Source: Escherichia phage vB_EcoM_005
DNA length: 64,000 nucleotides
Sequence record: MK295203
Strand: one strand, 5' to 3'
Part shown: positions 22,717 through 33,968 of the stretch, in pieces
How the letters are laid out: each line of letters starts with the position of its first letter
How positions within the stretch are numbered: the stretch's first letter is position 1
Translations under genes and position numbers: made by a program
The notes under the pieces: model-generated
What the model was told of the DNA's origin: nothing
The model's input: only the letters and a program-made list of their open reading frames with translations
Databases searched by the model: none

Positions 22717-23477
22717 TATACTGGAACTCCAATAGTTTGGGTTTCTACGACCTTAATTGCAAGCCTCATAGGATTGACAGAAGAAGCGGTCGCGATAATA
22801 TAGTTTGATGTATCGAATTTAAAATCTAGGGAATAAATTTCGTCATCATCTGAAGTTTGTCCACGTTTAATAACAGCGTATTCGGTGGAATAAATCTTTC
22901 TAGCTTGGTTGTCGATAAACACAAGGTATTCTGAAGCTTTGTAAATGGTTTCGTTGGCATTCACTGCCGTAACTAAAAGTTTGACCAATGAATACTGGCC
23001 AGAATAAACCACTGGAATATCACGAGCTACAGAAGATATATTATATGTCTTATTTAATGGAACTCGTTTATCACCAAACATACTTTCAATTGAATAATCC
23101 CATACTGCAACGCCGTTTGTATCCGATACACACCATAAAAGAACTCGTGTATAAGGTGTTACGATACGCAAAGTCGAAGTTGAATGGCTTGCAAAAGTAT
23201 CCAATATACGGATTTCAAGATAATTAGTGGAAGAAATACTCCCGTTAGAGTTGATAATCTCGATTCCTTCACCGACTGCACCTTTTACAGTGGTTAATAG
23301 TAATTTCTGACCTGTTAATTCGCCTGTTAAAGCAGTTTTACGTTGGTCACCGAAAGTATTATAAATGTTGTTTAAGTCAGTGTTCAGTTTAACACCGCCG
23401 TCATAAAGAATGTCGCCGGTGCTGGCATTACCAATTTCACCGACGTCAATTAGTTCTTTACCAGTTTGCTTAATCAT
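22716..23477 (-). CDS. 9: baseplate wedge / long tail fiber attachment protein gp9
   Basis: ...KELIDVGEIGNASTGDILYDGG...FGDQRK...FINSNGSIS... like T4 gp9; 253 aa versus about 288. Confidence 0.85.
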   Translation of the reverse strand: MIKQTGKELIDVGEIGNASTGDILYDGGVKLNTDLNNIYNTFGDQRKTALTGELTGQKLLLTTVKGAVGEGIEIINSNGSISSTNYLEIRILDTFASHSTSTLRIVTPYTRVLLWCVSDTNGVAVWDYSIESMFGDKRVPLNKTYNISSVARDIPVVYSGQYSLVKLLVTAVNANETIYKASEYLVFIDNQARKIYSTEYAVIKRGQTSDDDEIYSLDFKFDTSNYIIATASSVNPMRLAIKVVETQTIGVPV

Positions 23478-23539
23478 AGGTATGCCTCATTATTGATATA
23501 CTGTATTTATTAAACCCCGAAAGGGCCTTGCGGCCCTTA

Positions 23540-24445
23540 TTAGAATTCGAAGATAATGTTAATTTCTTCTGTTTGGTCCATGGAACGAATAACCGGAGGA
23601 CGGTTTTCCATATAAATCATTTCACCTGAGTGGCGGGAGAGGTCTATAACATCATAGTACTCTTTTTCGGCTTTAATGATCGGATCGGATGGGTGAGCTT
23701 TAGCTTCTAACGGGTTAGAAATTATCGAAAGCTGTCTAAATCCTTTGTTACCAGGCAGACTAAATTCAGGGAAGTAAACTGAATCTAAGAATGCTTTAAA
23801 ACGAATGGTATTGCCTTTAATACGATAAATCAATCCATAATCGTCTTGCTGCCAAGTAAGGTTATTCTCGTATCCCCAACGTTCTGGGTCTTCGGCAATT
23901 TCTTCCGGCCATGGAACCACGATATATTCATTAGTGCAACGGTTGATACTTACATCAGGTGGAATCTCATACAAATATTCCCAGGTACACTCGGTTTTAT
24001 TATCAAGGGACAAAATAGAACATGTACCTGAGTCAGGAATATCTACACAACGATAAACCATCCAACCTGCACCAACATCAGTACGGTTTTGAGGTTGGCT
24101 ATTCGCCACTACAATTTCACCAATCTGGAAAGTAAACGGGTTAGGATAAGAGGTATCGCCCCAGTCTTTGCGTGGGACAACACAATCCAACATGCTCTTA
24201 TAAACCTTAACACAACCCATCATGTTTGCCCAGACGTCTTCTACGCCTTCAGAATCATCTACAGGATATGGTGGGGCAAAGCCTGGGTCGTTTTCGTTAT
24301 CGGCCCATGGTCGGGCCCTTCCGAAAGATACATACATAGTGTTCTGGTCTTCACCATCACCTATTGTTCTGTAAAAGTTGTACATTTTTTCCGTTCTAAA
24401 TTTTGAAGTAACAATAGAACGATAAACTACTGTAGAATTAATCAT
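23540..24445 (-). CDS. 8: baseplate wedge protein gp8
   Basis: ...YRSIVTSKFRTEKM...RCTNEYIVVPWPEE...HSGEMIYMENRPP... matches T4 gp8; 301 aa versus about 334. Confidence 0.9.
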   Translation of the reverse strand: MINSTVVYRSIVTSKFRTEKMYNFYRTIGDGEDQNTMYVSFGRARPWADNENDPGFAPPYPVDDSEGVEDVWANMMGCVKVYKSMLDCVVPRKDWGDTSYPNPFTFQIGEIVVANSQPQNRTDVGAGWMVYRCVDIPDSGTCSILSLDNKTECTWEYLYEIPPDVSINRCTNEYIVVPWPEEIAEDPERWGYENNLTWQQDDYGLIYRIKGNTIRFKAFLDSVYFPEFSLPGNKGFRQLSIISNPLEAKAHPSDPIIKAEKEYYDVIDLSRHSGEMIYMENRPPVIRSMDQTEEINIIFEF

Positions 24446-24503
24446 TAATTTTTACCTGAGGGGCAAAGGTCACAGCACTTTGGTCAAACAAAATGCGCAT
24501 AGA

Positions 24504-27170
24504 CTAATCGGCAGGAATATCAAACGGTTCTCCTGCTTTAGGTCCAACGTTGTACATTGGAGCACCTGTACGAGGGTCTCGTTCTATATTACCATCAAAA
24601 CCTATTACAGCAACTCTATCATACCATTCAGATGGCAAACCTGAGTCCCATTTATAGTTCTTAAGGATATTAATAATAGTTTCTGTATGTTTTAGCGTTA
24701 AACCAACGTTAACAAACATAGAAAGCAAAGTTATACCTACAAAGCCGAAACCTACTGGATGAACAAATCTCAAAACATCTTTGCGATAACGAGAGGTAGG
24801 GAGATTAGACTTAATAGTCATCACATAATAAGAACGGTTACGGTTGATATAGTCGATATTGTTACTCAAAAGCTCTTTACCACGTACACCCTGAACAATC
24901 ATACCCTTGAACGAAGTACGTTCAGATTTAATTTCCTGTCCGACTATAAAACGACCTAAAAGGTTATGAATGGTTAAACGCCATTGCAGTTTACCATCTT
25001 TGTAATTTCGTTCTATATAAGTAACATTACTACGACCCGTAGGAGTATAAATCGTTTGGCCTACGATATCTTCACTGATATTGTCGGATTCTACGATGAT
25101 ATCATATTCGATAGAGTTCTTGGACTCGATATCAATTTCGACATCTTCGTTGTAAAGCAATTTAAACAGGAACTTATAAGAAGCTTCGGTACCTTTTGTA
25201 GACCAAAAATCGCTTTGGCGTGCCTGGAAAAAACGAACAACTTCATCGCGTTTTTCCTTTGACAAATAGATATTACGCTTATAGATTTCCGACCACAAAT
25301 ATTCCCATGAATCTTCTTCACGCGGATATTGGTTACGAATAAGATTCAACAAATTATTATAGTGCGTACCTGAGCCATCACTAATAAATTGGAGATAGTA
25401 TTCACAGAATTTTTCAAAGTTGGTATCTTGAAGCAAATAACTATCTGGAATCATTTTAACCAGTAAAGGTTGGAGGTCTGGGTCCTGCTCACCAACTTCC
25501 TCTTTAGGCTTCCATGGGATTTCATGTTCTTGGTTTTGCAATTCTGCCGTAAACATAATTTCTTTAGGCTTCCAAATAACACGGACTTCATCACGCACAC
25601 GATAGTCAAATTCAAAATATCCAACCAATTCACCCGTAGATTTGTGAATCATCATTCCGGAAGAATATTTCTTAAAGCCGTTAAATTCTATATTAGGAGA
25701 CGTGACTTTACAAAAACCTTTATTCCAAATCTCGTGAACAATACGTTCAGGTGAAGAACCACTGTTCAGGTCGATAATTTTCTGATATAAAGCATCATTA
25801 TAAACAACCATCGCATGGTCGCCGGTAGTAATCCATGAACGGGTTCCATCACGACGGGACCAACTAAAGAATGGTTCGGCATAATAAGCCATACGTCCAG
25901 GTTTAAATTCTTTGAAATCAGATTTAGAGTTAGACCTAAAACTCATCATCAAATAATGTTTATCATGAATCCATTGTTCATCTTTAACATATTTAACGGC
26001 TGAAGTGACAATTTCAGGATATTCCAAAGGAAGTTCAGAATCAACCTCTACTTCATATCTAAAGTTGCTCGAACTGAAAAATAATTCCTCTCCATCGGTA
26101 GACATGCTGGTATATCCATGCTCTATACGACGACGTTCTTCTTCAGTGTTTCCAAATACACGAGTCCATGTATCGGCTGAAGTGTCTAACCAATAAACAC
26201 CTTTAGATTCGGAATCAACCACATTGGATTCGACTGTAGGGTCCATTTTTTCTTCTTTAACTTCACCTGTAATTAAAGCAAATGTATGGCCTTGGATAGA
26301 ATCTAATTTATAACAAACAGCTTTAGGGTTCCCTGTGATAGTTGAATATCCGCTTTCAAATATCTTCTCTCCATAAGTCGGAGAACTAGGGTCGGTGTCT
26401 ATAGGGGCTTCAGATGTTTTTGCTTTATAAACTCTGTCTCTACCAGCAACATAAATGAATTCATCAGATGCGCACATGGCCTCGGCAATAGTAGAAATAG
26501 GTAAAGGAAGCTTTGCATATGAACCAAATATTTCGATTTCAAATGGAAGGTCGATATCGCTACCTATTTTAGCAAAAGTTACATCCTGGGAACTAAATCT
26601 AACGTCATCAGCAGACCAACGAATATCACTTGATTTACGTCCGTAAAATATTTGGTCATAACCTAGAACATAAGTGGTCGTGTCGGTTTGGTAATGTACC
26701 GTACGTGAAACAGGGTTACCTACTCGGTCATTAAACAAACGGATATAATGCCAGTTCTGCCCTTTATCATTAGAAACCTTAGCGGTGCTTTGGAATCTTT
26801 CTAAAAGGTAAAGTACACCGCCAAGTTCCATTAAAATAGAACGTTTAGGGTCTTTACAAACTGCTTGGATGCTTCCTTGGATTTCATGGAAACGGTCTGC
26901 TTTTAAAACATAATTTGATATAGATGACAAATGCGAATATGCAGGGGTAAAGTTAAAATCTTCACTCATCAAAGAAGCCATAATGGCGTCAGTATTAAAG
27001 TTCACATAATTCTGATTATTTTTTGTGAATTTTTCTTCAATAAATTTATTAGACAAAGTGAATTCGCGCATATGCTCAAATGTATATGCGTTGGTAGAGA
27101 AAGTTTCAAATTCTTCAGTGTAAACCCATTCAGACTGCTCAAACCCCTGGGCAGCTACCGCAACTCTCAT
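24504..27170 (-). CDS. 7: baseplate wedge protein gp7 (start missing, C-terminus frameshifted)
   Basis: Longest ATG-initiated ORF; gp7 homology continues upstream to about 27284 (...LGYTPNNEWF...) with no start codon; C-terminal ...FAPQVKIND lies in another frame at 24443-24500. Confidence 0.85.
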   Translation of the reverse strand: MRVAVAAQGFEQSEWVYTEEFETFSTNAYTFEHMREFTLSNKFIEEKFTKNNQNYVNFNTDAIMASLMSEDFNFTPAYSHLSSISNYVLKADRFHEIQGSIQAVCKDPKRSILMELGGVLYLLERFQSTAKVSNDKGQNWHYIRLFNDRVGNPVSRTVHYQTDTTTYVLGYDQIFYGRKSSDIRWSADDVRFSSQDVTFAKIGSDIDLPFEIEIFGSYAKLPLPISTIAEAMCASDEFIYVAGRDRVYKAKTSEAPIDTDPSSPTYGEKIFESGYSTITGNPKAVCYKLDSIQGHTFALITGEVKEEKMDPTVESNVVDSESKGVYWLDTSADTWTRVFGNTEEERRRIEHGYTSMSTDGEELFFSSSNFRYEVEVDSELPLEYPEIVTSAVKYVKDEQWIHDKHYLMMSFRSNSKSDFKEFKPGRMAYYAEPFFSWSRRDGTRSWITTGDHAMVVYNDALYQKIIDLNSGSSPERIVHEIWNKGFCKVTSPNIEFNGFKKYSSGMMIHKSTGELVGYFEFDYRVRDEVRVIWKPKEIMFTAELQNQEHEIPWKPKEEVGEQDPDLQPLLVKMIPDSYLLQDTNFEKFCEYYLQFISDGSGTHYNNLLNLIRNQYPREEDSWEYLWSEIYKRNIYLSKEKRDEVVRFFQARQSDFWSTKGTEASYKFLFKLLYNEDVEIDIESKNSIEYDIIVESDNISEDIVGQTIYTPTGRSNVTYIERNYKDGKLQWRLTIHNLLGRFIVGQEIKSERTSFKGMIVQGVRGKELLSNNIDYINRNRSYYVMTIKSNLPTSRYRKDVLRFVHPVGFGFVGITLLSMFVNVGLTLKHTETIINILKNYKWDSGLPSEWYDRVAVIGFDGNIERDPRTGAPMYNVGPKAGEPFDIPAD

Positions 27171-27252
27171 TTTATAAAATGAATTAGGAGAAATGAATGC
27201 CTCTTCAAACCATTCGTTATTAGGGGTGTAACCTAAATTTCTCCAAAATAAT

Positions 27253-29121
27253 CTATCGTCGGGAATTTCTACACCCTTCCAACTCTATAGTTGTGTACTG
27301 AGGACGAAGGTCATCTTCAAATACGATTAAAGAACCGTCTTTGGTAAAGATGTTGTCTTGGTCTGGCCCTGCATAAAGTTCAATAGACTGGACTTCAAAA
27401 CGGTCGGAAGTAAGGCCTATTGCGGCGATATCCCAGAAAATAAAGTCTGAGTAATAATCAATTTCGCCAATTAAAGGACCTATAACCATTTTACCATCGC
27501 CTCGTTCGTCTTTATCTGTAGCAACAATACGTACGTTATAAGATTTAATATCATCAGATACGTTTGTTGGGACGAACTCAAATTCACTAGAAGTTACAGA
27601 ACGGTTGGTGTATTGATTATAGTATTTAATACCTGCTTCAGGTGTTTTGAAGAAGTTTAATACCTCGCGAACCATTGTTACCGTAGCCGAAGAGCCAAGG
27701 ATACTGTGGTCTGCATTATCAATATAAGTCAACATTTTAGACTTGGCAAATCCGTGGTTGAATATTTCAACTTCGTTAATATAATAACGGTCTATTTGGG
27801 AAAGGATTTGAGCCGTTAGCCATTGTTCAGATTCCTGTAATTTGTTCAGTGCATATGAAACCTTAATTTTATGTTTCAAGAACAAGTAGTCAGGAGAAAT
27901 AACCGAAGGAGTAATAGGCGCCAAGTTAAATTCTGAAAGATAATTTTGGATATCTTCGCGTTGTACTGCTGTCAAATATAATCCAGATTTAGGCTTAATG
28001 GTAACAAAAGCATAACCAGGTTTATTTGAATCGGTAAAGGTTTGTACTGCTTGTACAATAGACCCAAATCGTTCTGAAACGAATGTATCATAATCTGTAC
28101 CGGTTACAGCACGCATCTGGGCTTCGCGCTTAACTACAGCCAGCTCACGAATACGTTCAATATCTTCAGGGTCACCACCACCATCAGCACCTACATAATC
28201 CGGGTTTTCATCGTAGTTTTCTGTAATTTTTTCAACAGTAATATACGCCAAAGAATCCGCATAACTAAAGTCTACGGCACCGTTAGCAACTTCACCGTCA
28301 GTACGAAGATATTCTATAACAATGGTAGCATCTTTAACAGGTTTTAAACCACCGATATAATTGGCTTCTAATACACCACCTGCAACTGATTTTTCAGCAA
28401 CACCTTCACCAAAGAAGAATTCGGTATTACCATCTACGGTTTCGCGCATATAATAAATGGTAGATGTGCTACCAGCGTGAACCATGGATTTATTAGTCCA
28501 GTTAATCCATTCTGAGCCATCAACATAAAGCTTAACTTCTTGACGGTCGATATCCGGGTCGCGAATAAGAATAGGAGTTTTAGGGTCGTACTTAAGTTCA
28601 GTACGAATAATACGACCTTGTGCTAAAGATACAATAGGGAGATATTGGTTATTAACATCACGTACGGCAATAACGTTTTCCGTGGTAACAAAAGCATACG
28701 GGTCGGCCGAAGTATCACGGGCATAAGCCAAGAATTTAGTACCACGTGGGATACGAATATTCTTTTCATTCAGGGCCTGAGTACAGGTCAACATGATACT
28801 TGTTTTTGCTGCTGATTTAGAACTAGGAAGGTAGCCATTATCCTGTGCAGCCTGGACTACAGAGGAACGCAAGTTAGCGGTACCGATGAAAGATTCATAT
28901 ACGGCGGTGTTAGCAAACTGCTGCATATACAGGGTATTGTAAGCTAACATGTCAATCAGGATATTCATTCGCGAACCTACGAAATCATAATCCTGGAATT
29001 CTTTCTGGCTAGAAAGCCAATCGATAATATTCTTTTTAATCTCTTCAAACGTAGCTCCCACAAATACTTTTGGGATAGCGTTAACGGTTCTTGTTAATTG
29101 GTAATTCGTAGGAGTAGCCAT
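27253..29121 (-). CDS. 6: baseplate wedge protein gp6
   Basis: MATPTNYQLTRTVNAIPKVFVGATF...SMVHAGSTSTIYYMRETVDGNTEF... matches T4 gp6; 622 aa versus about 660. Confidence 0.9.
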   Translation of the reverse strand: MATPTNYQLTRTVNAIPKVFVGATFEEIKKNIIDWLSSQKEFQDYDFVGSRMNILIDMLAYNTLYMQQFANTAVYESFIGTANLRSSVVQAAQDNGYLPSSKSAAKTSIMLTCTQALNEKNIRIPRGTKFLAYARDTSADPYAFVTTENVIAVRDVNNQYLPIVSLAQGRIIRTELKYDPKTPILIRDPDIDRQEVKLYVDGSEWINWTNKSMVHAGSTSTIYYMRETVDGNTEFFFGEGVAEKSVAGGVLEANYIGGLKPVKDATIVIEYLRTDGEVANGAVDFSYADSLAYITVEKITENYDENPDYVGADGGGDPEDIERIRELAVVKREAQMRAVTGTDYDTFVSERFGSIVQAVQTFTDSNKPGYAFVTIKPKSGLYLTAVQREDIQNYLSEFNLAPITPSVISPDYLFLKHKIKVSYALNKLQESEQWLTAQILSQIDRYYINEVEIFNHGFAKSKMLTYIDNADHSILGSSATVTMVREVLNFFKTPEAGIKYYNQYTNRSVTSSEFEFVPTNVSDDIKSYNVRIVATDKDERGDGKMVIGPLIGEIDYYSDFIFWDIAAIGLTSDRFEVQSIELYAGPDQDNIFTKDGSLIVFEDDLRPQYTTIELEGCRNSRR

Positions 29122-29129
29122 TTTAATTC

Positions 29130-29423
29130 CTATTTTATGAATACTTTAGATGAGGCTTGTGCGACTGTATCTCCGCACGAAATAGGGTCTGCCATCTGGA
29201 CAGCCTTTTTGCCTGTAACATATACCTTTGATGTTCTAGGTTGGGTTACCCCACCATGGGTTTCATATGGTTTTTTAATTTCTGTATGTTCTGTAATAGG
29301 GTCACCATCTACTAATACAGGAATACCACCCGTAAATACTTTACCTTGGGTAGCGTTTATTACTGTAGGAGGCCATGCTTCATGACCTGCGGTTACACAT
29401 TGGTTATAACTTAAGCCCGACAT
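29130..29423 (-). CDS. 5.4: PAAR-repeat spike tip protein gp5.4
   Basis: 97 aa, same as T4 gp5.4; position between gene 5 region and gene 6. Confidence 0.8.
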   Translation of the reverse strand: MSGLSYNQCVTAGHEAWPPTVINATQGKVFTGGIPVLVDGDPITEHTEIKKPYETHGGVTQPRTSKVYVTGKKAVQMADPISCGDTVAQASSKVFIK

Positions 29424-29980
29424 TATGGCCTCGCATATACATATTCTCTTAATTGGTTAGCCCATTTGCTCCAATTACCCACTATAACTTTGGTATAAAC
29501 CTTAGTAAGGGTTTTTCTTACCGGAGCAGGAGGTGGGTCTGTTTCGCTACCGGCTCTAGAATTACTACCGCCTGAGTTCCCTGTATCACCTCCTGACGAC
29601 TCTTCCTGAAAGTCATAGATTAATGTGACCGTATAAGAAAAAGTCTTCTGGAGATTGCTAGGGGCTTTCCAGAGGTATAATTGAGTGCTCTTGTCCTCTG
29701 GTAAATCTTTCCATGAACCGGCAGTTTTAAATTCATCACCTAATCGGTATTTTAATGCATCCTCAGAGAAACCAAATACTGATTCGTAAGTTCCATATAA
29801 ATGAGCCCCATCAACTGTGATGCCTTCTGTCGGCTCATATTCTGTTATATTTATTTCGACTAATGTTTCGTTTGTTTCTAATTGAGCGGTAAACGTAACA
29901 TCGATAGAGCTTCCTTCCATGGAATCTCCTAAATCAGTGCTCATCGGTAGGATATTAGCCAATGTCAATCCTCGAACCAT
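29423..29980 (-). CDS. 5.1: gene 5.1-like protein (start uncertain)
   Basis: ORF between gene 5 and 5.4; track start at 30004 is TTG; candidate ATGs at 29980 and 29944. Confidence 0.45.
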   Translation of the reverse strand: MVRGLTLANILPMSTDLGDSMEGSSIDVTFTAQLETNETLVEINITEYEPTEGITVDGAHLYGTYESVFGFSEDALKYRLGDEFKTAGSWKDLPEDKSTQLYLWKAPSNLQKTFSYTVTLIYDFQEESSGGDTGNSGGSNSRAGSETDPPPAPVRKTLTKVYTKVIVGNWSKWANQLREYVYARP

Positions 29981-31376
29981 CAATAGTATATTGACCGGAT
30001 GCAATTGAACTCATAGTCGACATAGTTTCAGACCAATTGCCTGCAACAGTCATATCAACGTTTCCATTTACGGACCATTTAACGTTTCCATTTACTGTAT
30101 AGTCATGGTTGCCTTCAACTAATGTTTTTGCATCGCCTTTAACAGTTATATCAGCATTACCCTCGACAAGAATTGTTACGTTTCCTTTAACAATAAGGGT
30201 CCCATCACCTTCTACGGTTTTAGTTTCATTACCACGAATATGATATCCGTCTGCTACTGTCTTGGAAGTTTTGCGACCATCAGGAGCAACTTCTTCATAA
30301 CTACCTGTAGGATGGATTAAACGATAACGTTCTTGCCCTGGAGTGTTATCAAATTCTTGGATATGCCCGCCTTCAGTCTGCATGGTTTGGACATATGGGT
30401 ATTCACCTTTATAACTAGAATCAGGCTCTTTAAAAAGAATCCTTGTATCTTCTGGAGTCCATGGGTCGGCAGGGTCTGAATTTTTAGGGGCTGCAAAGGT
30501 TTGAATCATTCTATACGAACGCCCTTTAAATGACCTTTCTTTAGGGGCCATAATACCGTATGATTCCATGTTACCTGTAAGGATAATCATTGATACCCTT
30601 GATGCACGACCTTTAGTTTGGTTAAACCACACAGAATCACGAGCGGCATCAAATGCTTTCTTATAATCTCCGGCTAACATTGCAGCGAGCATGGTTCTAA
30701 ATTTAGCCAGTCCACCCAATCCCATTTGGAAAGCCATGTTTTCAAGAGCCATTTGTCTTGAACGGTTTTCTTTATTGTAAACTGGCCCTACAACACTATG
30801 CCGACCTATATCGCTTTGGACTTTTTTAAGGTCTTCTTGGAATAATTTAGAAGCCTCGTCCATTGATATTGCACCTGGGTTACCTTTAACTTCTCGTCCT
30901 ACCTGATTAGATAATATTTTGTTTATTCGGTTCATATCTCTAATAGGTTGCGGTGTGATAAGGTGGCCTATACCTATAGTAGGATAACCTTCGGTGTCCC
31001 AATAGTTAATACCCACATCAGTGTTTGCATCTTGTATTACGTTAGAAGTGGCATCATATCCAACTTCACCGCCTCGGTTTAGTGCTGCAGCATCATTACC
31101 TAAATAAAGTGGATATTGACCTGTTGGGTCGCTAAAACCTTCATTAGGATTAGCCTTTTGTCTTGAAGCGGAACCATATGTACCGAGGACAAGCCCGTTT
31201 AATTTCCACTTATCAAGAAAGTGCCCATAAGTACGAAGGCCTTTTACAGGACCTTGGACCTTTTCGTAAGGATGCAAGCCCCAGACACGAACTCGAACGC
31301 GTCCTTGTTGGAGTGGGTCCATACGGTCTTCAACCACCCCTACGAACCAACTGACATTATCAGACATGTTAATCAT
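29955..31376 (-). CDS. 5: baseplate hub / tail-associated lysozyme gp5
   Basis: N-terminal ...WFVGVVEDRMDPLQQGRVRVRV, central T4-lysozyme-like domain (GINYWDTEGYPTIGIGHLI), C-terminal VxGNxxxxV beta-helix repeats. Confidence 0.9.
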   Translation of the reverse strand: MINMSDNVSWFVGVVEDRMDPLQQGRVRVRVWGLHPYEKVQGPVKGLRTYGHFLDKWKLNGLVLGTYGSASRQKANPNEGFSDPTGQYPLYLGNDAAALNRGGEVGYDATSNVIQDANTDVGINYWDTEGYPTIGIGHLITPQPIRDMNRINKILSNQVGREVKGNPGAISMDEASKLFQEDLKKVQSDIGRHSVVGPVYNKENRSRQMALENMAFQMGLGGLAKFRTMLAAMLAGDYKKAFDAARDSVWFNQTKGRASRVSMIILTGNMESYGIMAPKERSFKGRSYRMIQTFAAPKNSDPADPWTPEDTRILFKEPDSSYKGEYPYVQTMQTEGGHIQEFDNTPGQERYRLIHPTGSYEEVAPDGRKTSKTVADGYHIRGNETKTVEGDGTLIVKGNVTILVEGNADITVKGDAKTLVEGNHDYTVNGNVKWSVNGNVDMTVAGNWSETMSTMSSIASGQYTIDGSRIDIG

Positions 31377-31975
31377 AGCGCTTTTTCCATTTCTCTAATT
31401 AAAGCGGAAACAAAGGACTCGATGTCATTAGGGTCTATAATCTTTATTTCGCGCTTATATTCATTTTTACGAATGGCATCCTCGTAAATATCTACTGCAG
31501 CCAAAGGCCCTTCATATTGAGGATAACGTTTTTCGGTATCGCCCTTATCATACCAAGTATAAGGATTTTCCGGGGTATTTACTAGATTCCAGAATTTCTC
31601 ACCCTTTTCATTGACATGATAAAGGACTTGGTTTCCGCCTGCAGTAGCATAACGTTGAATAGCCGCTTGATACGCCGATTCTTGGCCTGTAATCCATCCA
31701 TAATACGGGTCATAGATATTGTTACACATTAAAAGGACCCAATATAATTGCACGTTACCATAAAGTTGATTGGCCAATTCTTCTGGACGAGGGGCCCCAC
31801 TGATGTAATATGTTTTAAGTGTATAATTTTTAGCCACTTTGTTAAAATATTCTTTATAATTTCTAAATATATCAGTCATCGGAACGCTCAGTACATCGGC
31901 ATTGGTTAATGAGCCGGAATCTGGCTTGACTGTTTTTGATTCGTAATTTATAGGGTCGAAAAATGAGAAGAGCAT
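31373..31975 (-). CDS. 53: baseplate wedge protein gp53
   Basis: MLFSFFDPINYESKTV...PMTDIFRNYKEYF...NPYTWYDKGD... matches T4 gp53; 200 aa. Confidence 0.85.
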   Translation of the reverse strand: MLFSFFDPINYESKTVKPDSGSLTNADVLSVPMTDIFRNYKEYFNKVAKNYTLKTYYISGAPRPEELANQLYGNVQLYWVLLMCNNIYDPYYGWITGQESAYQAAIQRYATAGGNQVLYHVNEKGEKFWNLVNTPENPYTWYDKGDTEKRYPQYEGPLAAVDIYEDAIRKNEYKREIKIIDPNDIESFVSALIREMEKAL

Positions 31976-31987
31976 AGTGCCTCCGAG

Positions 31988-31995
31988 TATAAATA
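31988..31995 (+). promoter_or_regulatory. late promoter TATAAATA for gene 4
   Basis: TATAAATA 27 nt upstream of gene 4 ATG, in divergent 53/4 intergenic region. Confidence 0.5.
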
Positions 31996-32002
31996 ATATT
32001 AA

Positions 32003-32010
32003 TATTTATA
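32003..32010 (-). promoter_or_regulatory. late promoter TATAAATA for gene 53
   Basis: Minus-strand TATAAATA 28 nt upstream of gene 53 ATG. Confidence 0.5.
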
Positions 32011-32021
32011 AGGAGGCGACT

Positions 32022-32471
32022 ATGGCTTACTCAGGGAAATTTAAACCTACAAACTTACAAAAATATAAAGGTGACTGGAAGAAAATCCAATATCGTTCCT
32101 CTTGGGAAGCATGGTTTATGCGTTGGCTTGACAACCATCCTAATGTAGTCCAGTGGAATTCAGAAGAGGTAGTCATTCCTTACTTTTGCAATGCCGAAGG
32201 AAAGAAAAGACGATATTTTATGGACTTCTGGGTTAAATTTGATACAGGTCAACAATTCTTTTTTGAAGTCAAACCTTTTAAAGAAACCCATGCTCCTGCT
32301 GTTCCTGCTAAAATGACTACGGCTGCTAAAAAGAGATATATCAACGAACACTATACTTGGTCTGTTAATACCGATAAGTGGAAAGCAGCTAAATCTACAG
32401 CAGATAAAATGGGTATCACGTTTAGATTGATTACCGAACATTCACTGAAAAAATTAGGATGGAAAGGATGA
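32022..32471 (+). CDS. 4: head completion protein gp4
   Basis: [19 protein letters not shown]...[11 protein letters not shown]...[13 protein letters not shown]... after AGGAGG RBS; matches T4 gp4. Confidence 0.8.
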   Translation: MAYSGKFKPTNLQKYKGDWKKIQYRSSWEAWFMRWLDNHPNVVQWNSEEVVIPYFCNAEGKKRRYFMDFWVKFDTGQQFFFEVKPFKETHAPAVPAKMTTAAKKRYINEHYTWSVNTDKWKAAKSTADKMGITFRLITEHSLKKLGWKG

Positions 32472-33295
32472 GTATATTTTCCTACATCAATGAGGCTACT
32501 GAAACCACAAAGGGTTCCAAGCCTACTCGTTCAGAACAACAATGGATAGCATTAGGTGTCCAGTATGCCGAAGCTAAAGCAAAGGGCGTCTCGGCTAAGA
32601 AATTCGCTGAAGATAAAGGCATTAAGTATTCTAGCTTTACATCTGCGATGTCTCGATACTCGAGTCGAATTAAAACTGCTGTACAGGTTGAAAAACTTCA
32701 GAAGAAACCTGGCAATAAATTAACCAAAGCCGAACGTCAATTAATTTTGGTGAATAGTTTTAGAAAGAGTATTCGTGATAAGATTGCTAACGAAGGTGCT
32801 GCTGTAAACAATAAATCAGCTAAATGGTTTACAGAAACATTAAAGAAAGGAATTCGCGGACACCAGGTATCTAAACCATCTCCTGGTAAGCTTTATGCTT
32901 ATATCTATGATGCCAAACACAAGGATACCCTACCATACTGGGACAAATATCCTTTAATCATTTATCTTGGGTTAGGTAAGCATAATTTAATGTACGGGCT
33001 GAACTTACACTATATCCCACCTAAAGCACGACAGCAATTTCTGGAAGAATTGCTGAAGCAATACGCGAGTACGCCTACCATTACGAACTCGACTAAATTA
33101 AAAATCGATTGGAGCAAGGTAAAAGGATTCGCCGGAGCCGATGTGATGATTAAGGCTTATATCCCTGGAAATATCAAGGGACCTTTAGTAGAGATAAAAC
33201 CGTCTGATTGGGCTAATGTAATAGGATTACCACTTCAGCAATTTGTATCTAAAGGTAAGCGTTACTCAGCTCAGAAAGTATGGAAGAATTCATAA
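32468..33295 (+). CDS. 2: DNA end protector protein gp2
   Basis: ATGA overlap with gene 4 stop; 275 aa as T4 gp2; position 4-2-3. Confidence 0.75.
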   Translation: MSIFSYINEATETTKGSKPTRSEQQWIALGVQYAEAKAKGVSAKKFAEDKGIKYSSFTSAMSRYSSRIKTAVQVEKLQKKPGNKLTKAERQLILVNSFRKSIRDKIANEGAAVNNKSAKWFTETLKKGIRGHQVSKPSPGKLYAYIYDAKHKDTLPYWDKYPLIIYLGLGKHNLMYGLNLHYIPPKARQQFLEELLKQYASTPTITNSTKLKIDWSKVKGFAGADVMIKAYIPGNIKGPLVEIKPSDWANVIGLPLQQFVSKGKRYSAQKVWKNS

Positions 33296-33377
33296 TCTAT
33301 TATCCCGGCCAGTTATTGAATGGAACAGACCTAGGACCATTATACACTGTCTGGGACTTAAGCAATATAGGAACCCT

Positions 33378-33968
33378 ATGAACGGTTTATTTAACCAAAC
33401 TAACACTACTAACTTTATCTTAGAGGTTAGTGACGCAGGAATGACGCAGGCATTCAAATTGAACGTACAAGATGTAACACTACCGGGTATCCATATTCCG
33501 GTCTCAGACGTCCCAGGATCGACCCAGGGCATACATCGTGCTAAGCTGCCAGGTTCTACGGTAGAATTCGATCCATTGATTGTGAACTTTCTTGTAGACC
33601 GTGAATTGAAATCATGGCTTGACGTTTATAAGTGGATGTTGTCATTAAACAACTACGTAACACATGATTCAGAAGCCTGGCATCCTAAAGGTCAACCTGA
33701 AGCTATCACCCTCCACATCCTTGATAACAACAAACAAAAAATCGTAATGAGCATTCATTACTACGGTGGTTGGCCATCTGACCTCTCGGAAATCCAGTAC
33801 TCTTATAAAGAGGATTCTGACCCAGCGATAATCGCTACAGCAACATTCAACTTCAAATCGTTTGCTGTAGAAATAGATGGTACAATAGTTACAGGTCGTC
33901 CACAAATTGATTCGTATGCCGAACAACGTGTGGCTCGTATGTCTATGCATCCATCTATGAGAAAATAA
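33378..33968 (+). CDS. 3: tail completion and sheath stabilizer protein gp3
   Basis: Internal ATG of ORF 33243..33968 chosen (MNGLFNQTN...); position between genes 2 and 1. Confidence 0.7.
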   Translation: MNGLFNQTNTTNFILEVSDAGMTQAFKLNVQDVTLPGIHIPVSDVPGSTQGIHRAKLPGSTVEFDPLIVNFLVDRELKSWLDVYKWMLSLNNYVTHDSEAWHPKGQPEAITLHILDNNKQKIVMSIHYYGGWPSDLSEIQYSYKEDSDPAIIATATFNFKSFAVEIDGTIVTGRPQIDSYAEQRVARMSMHPSMRK

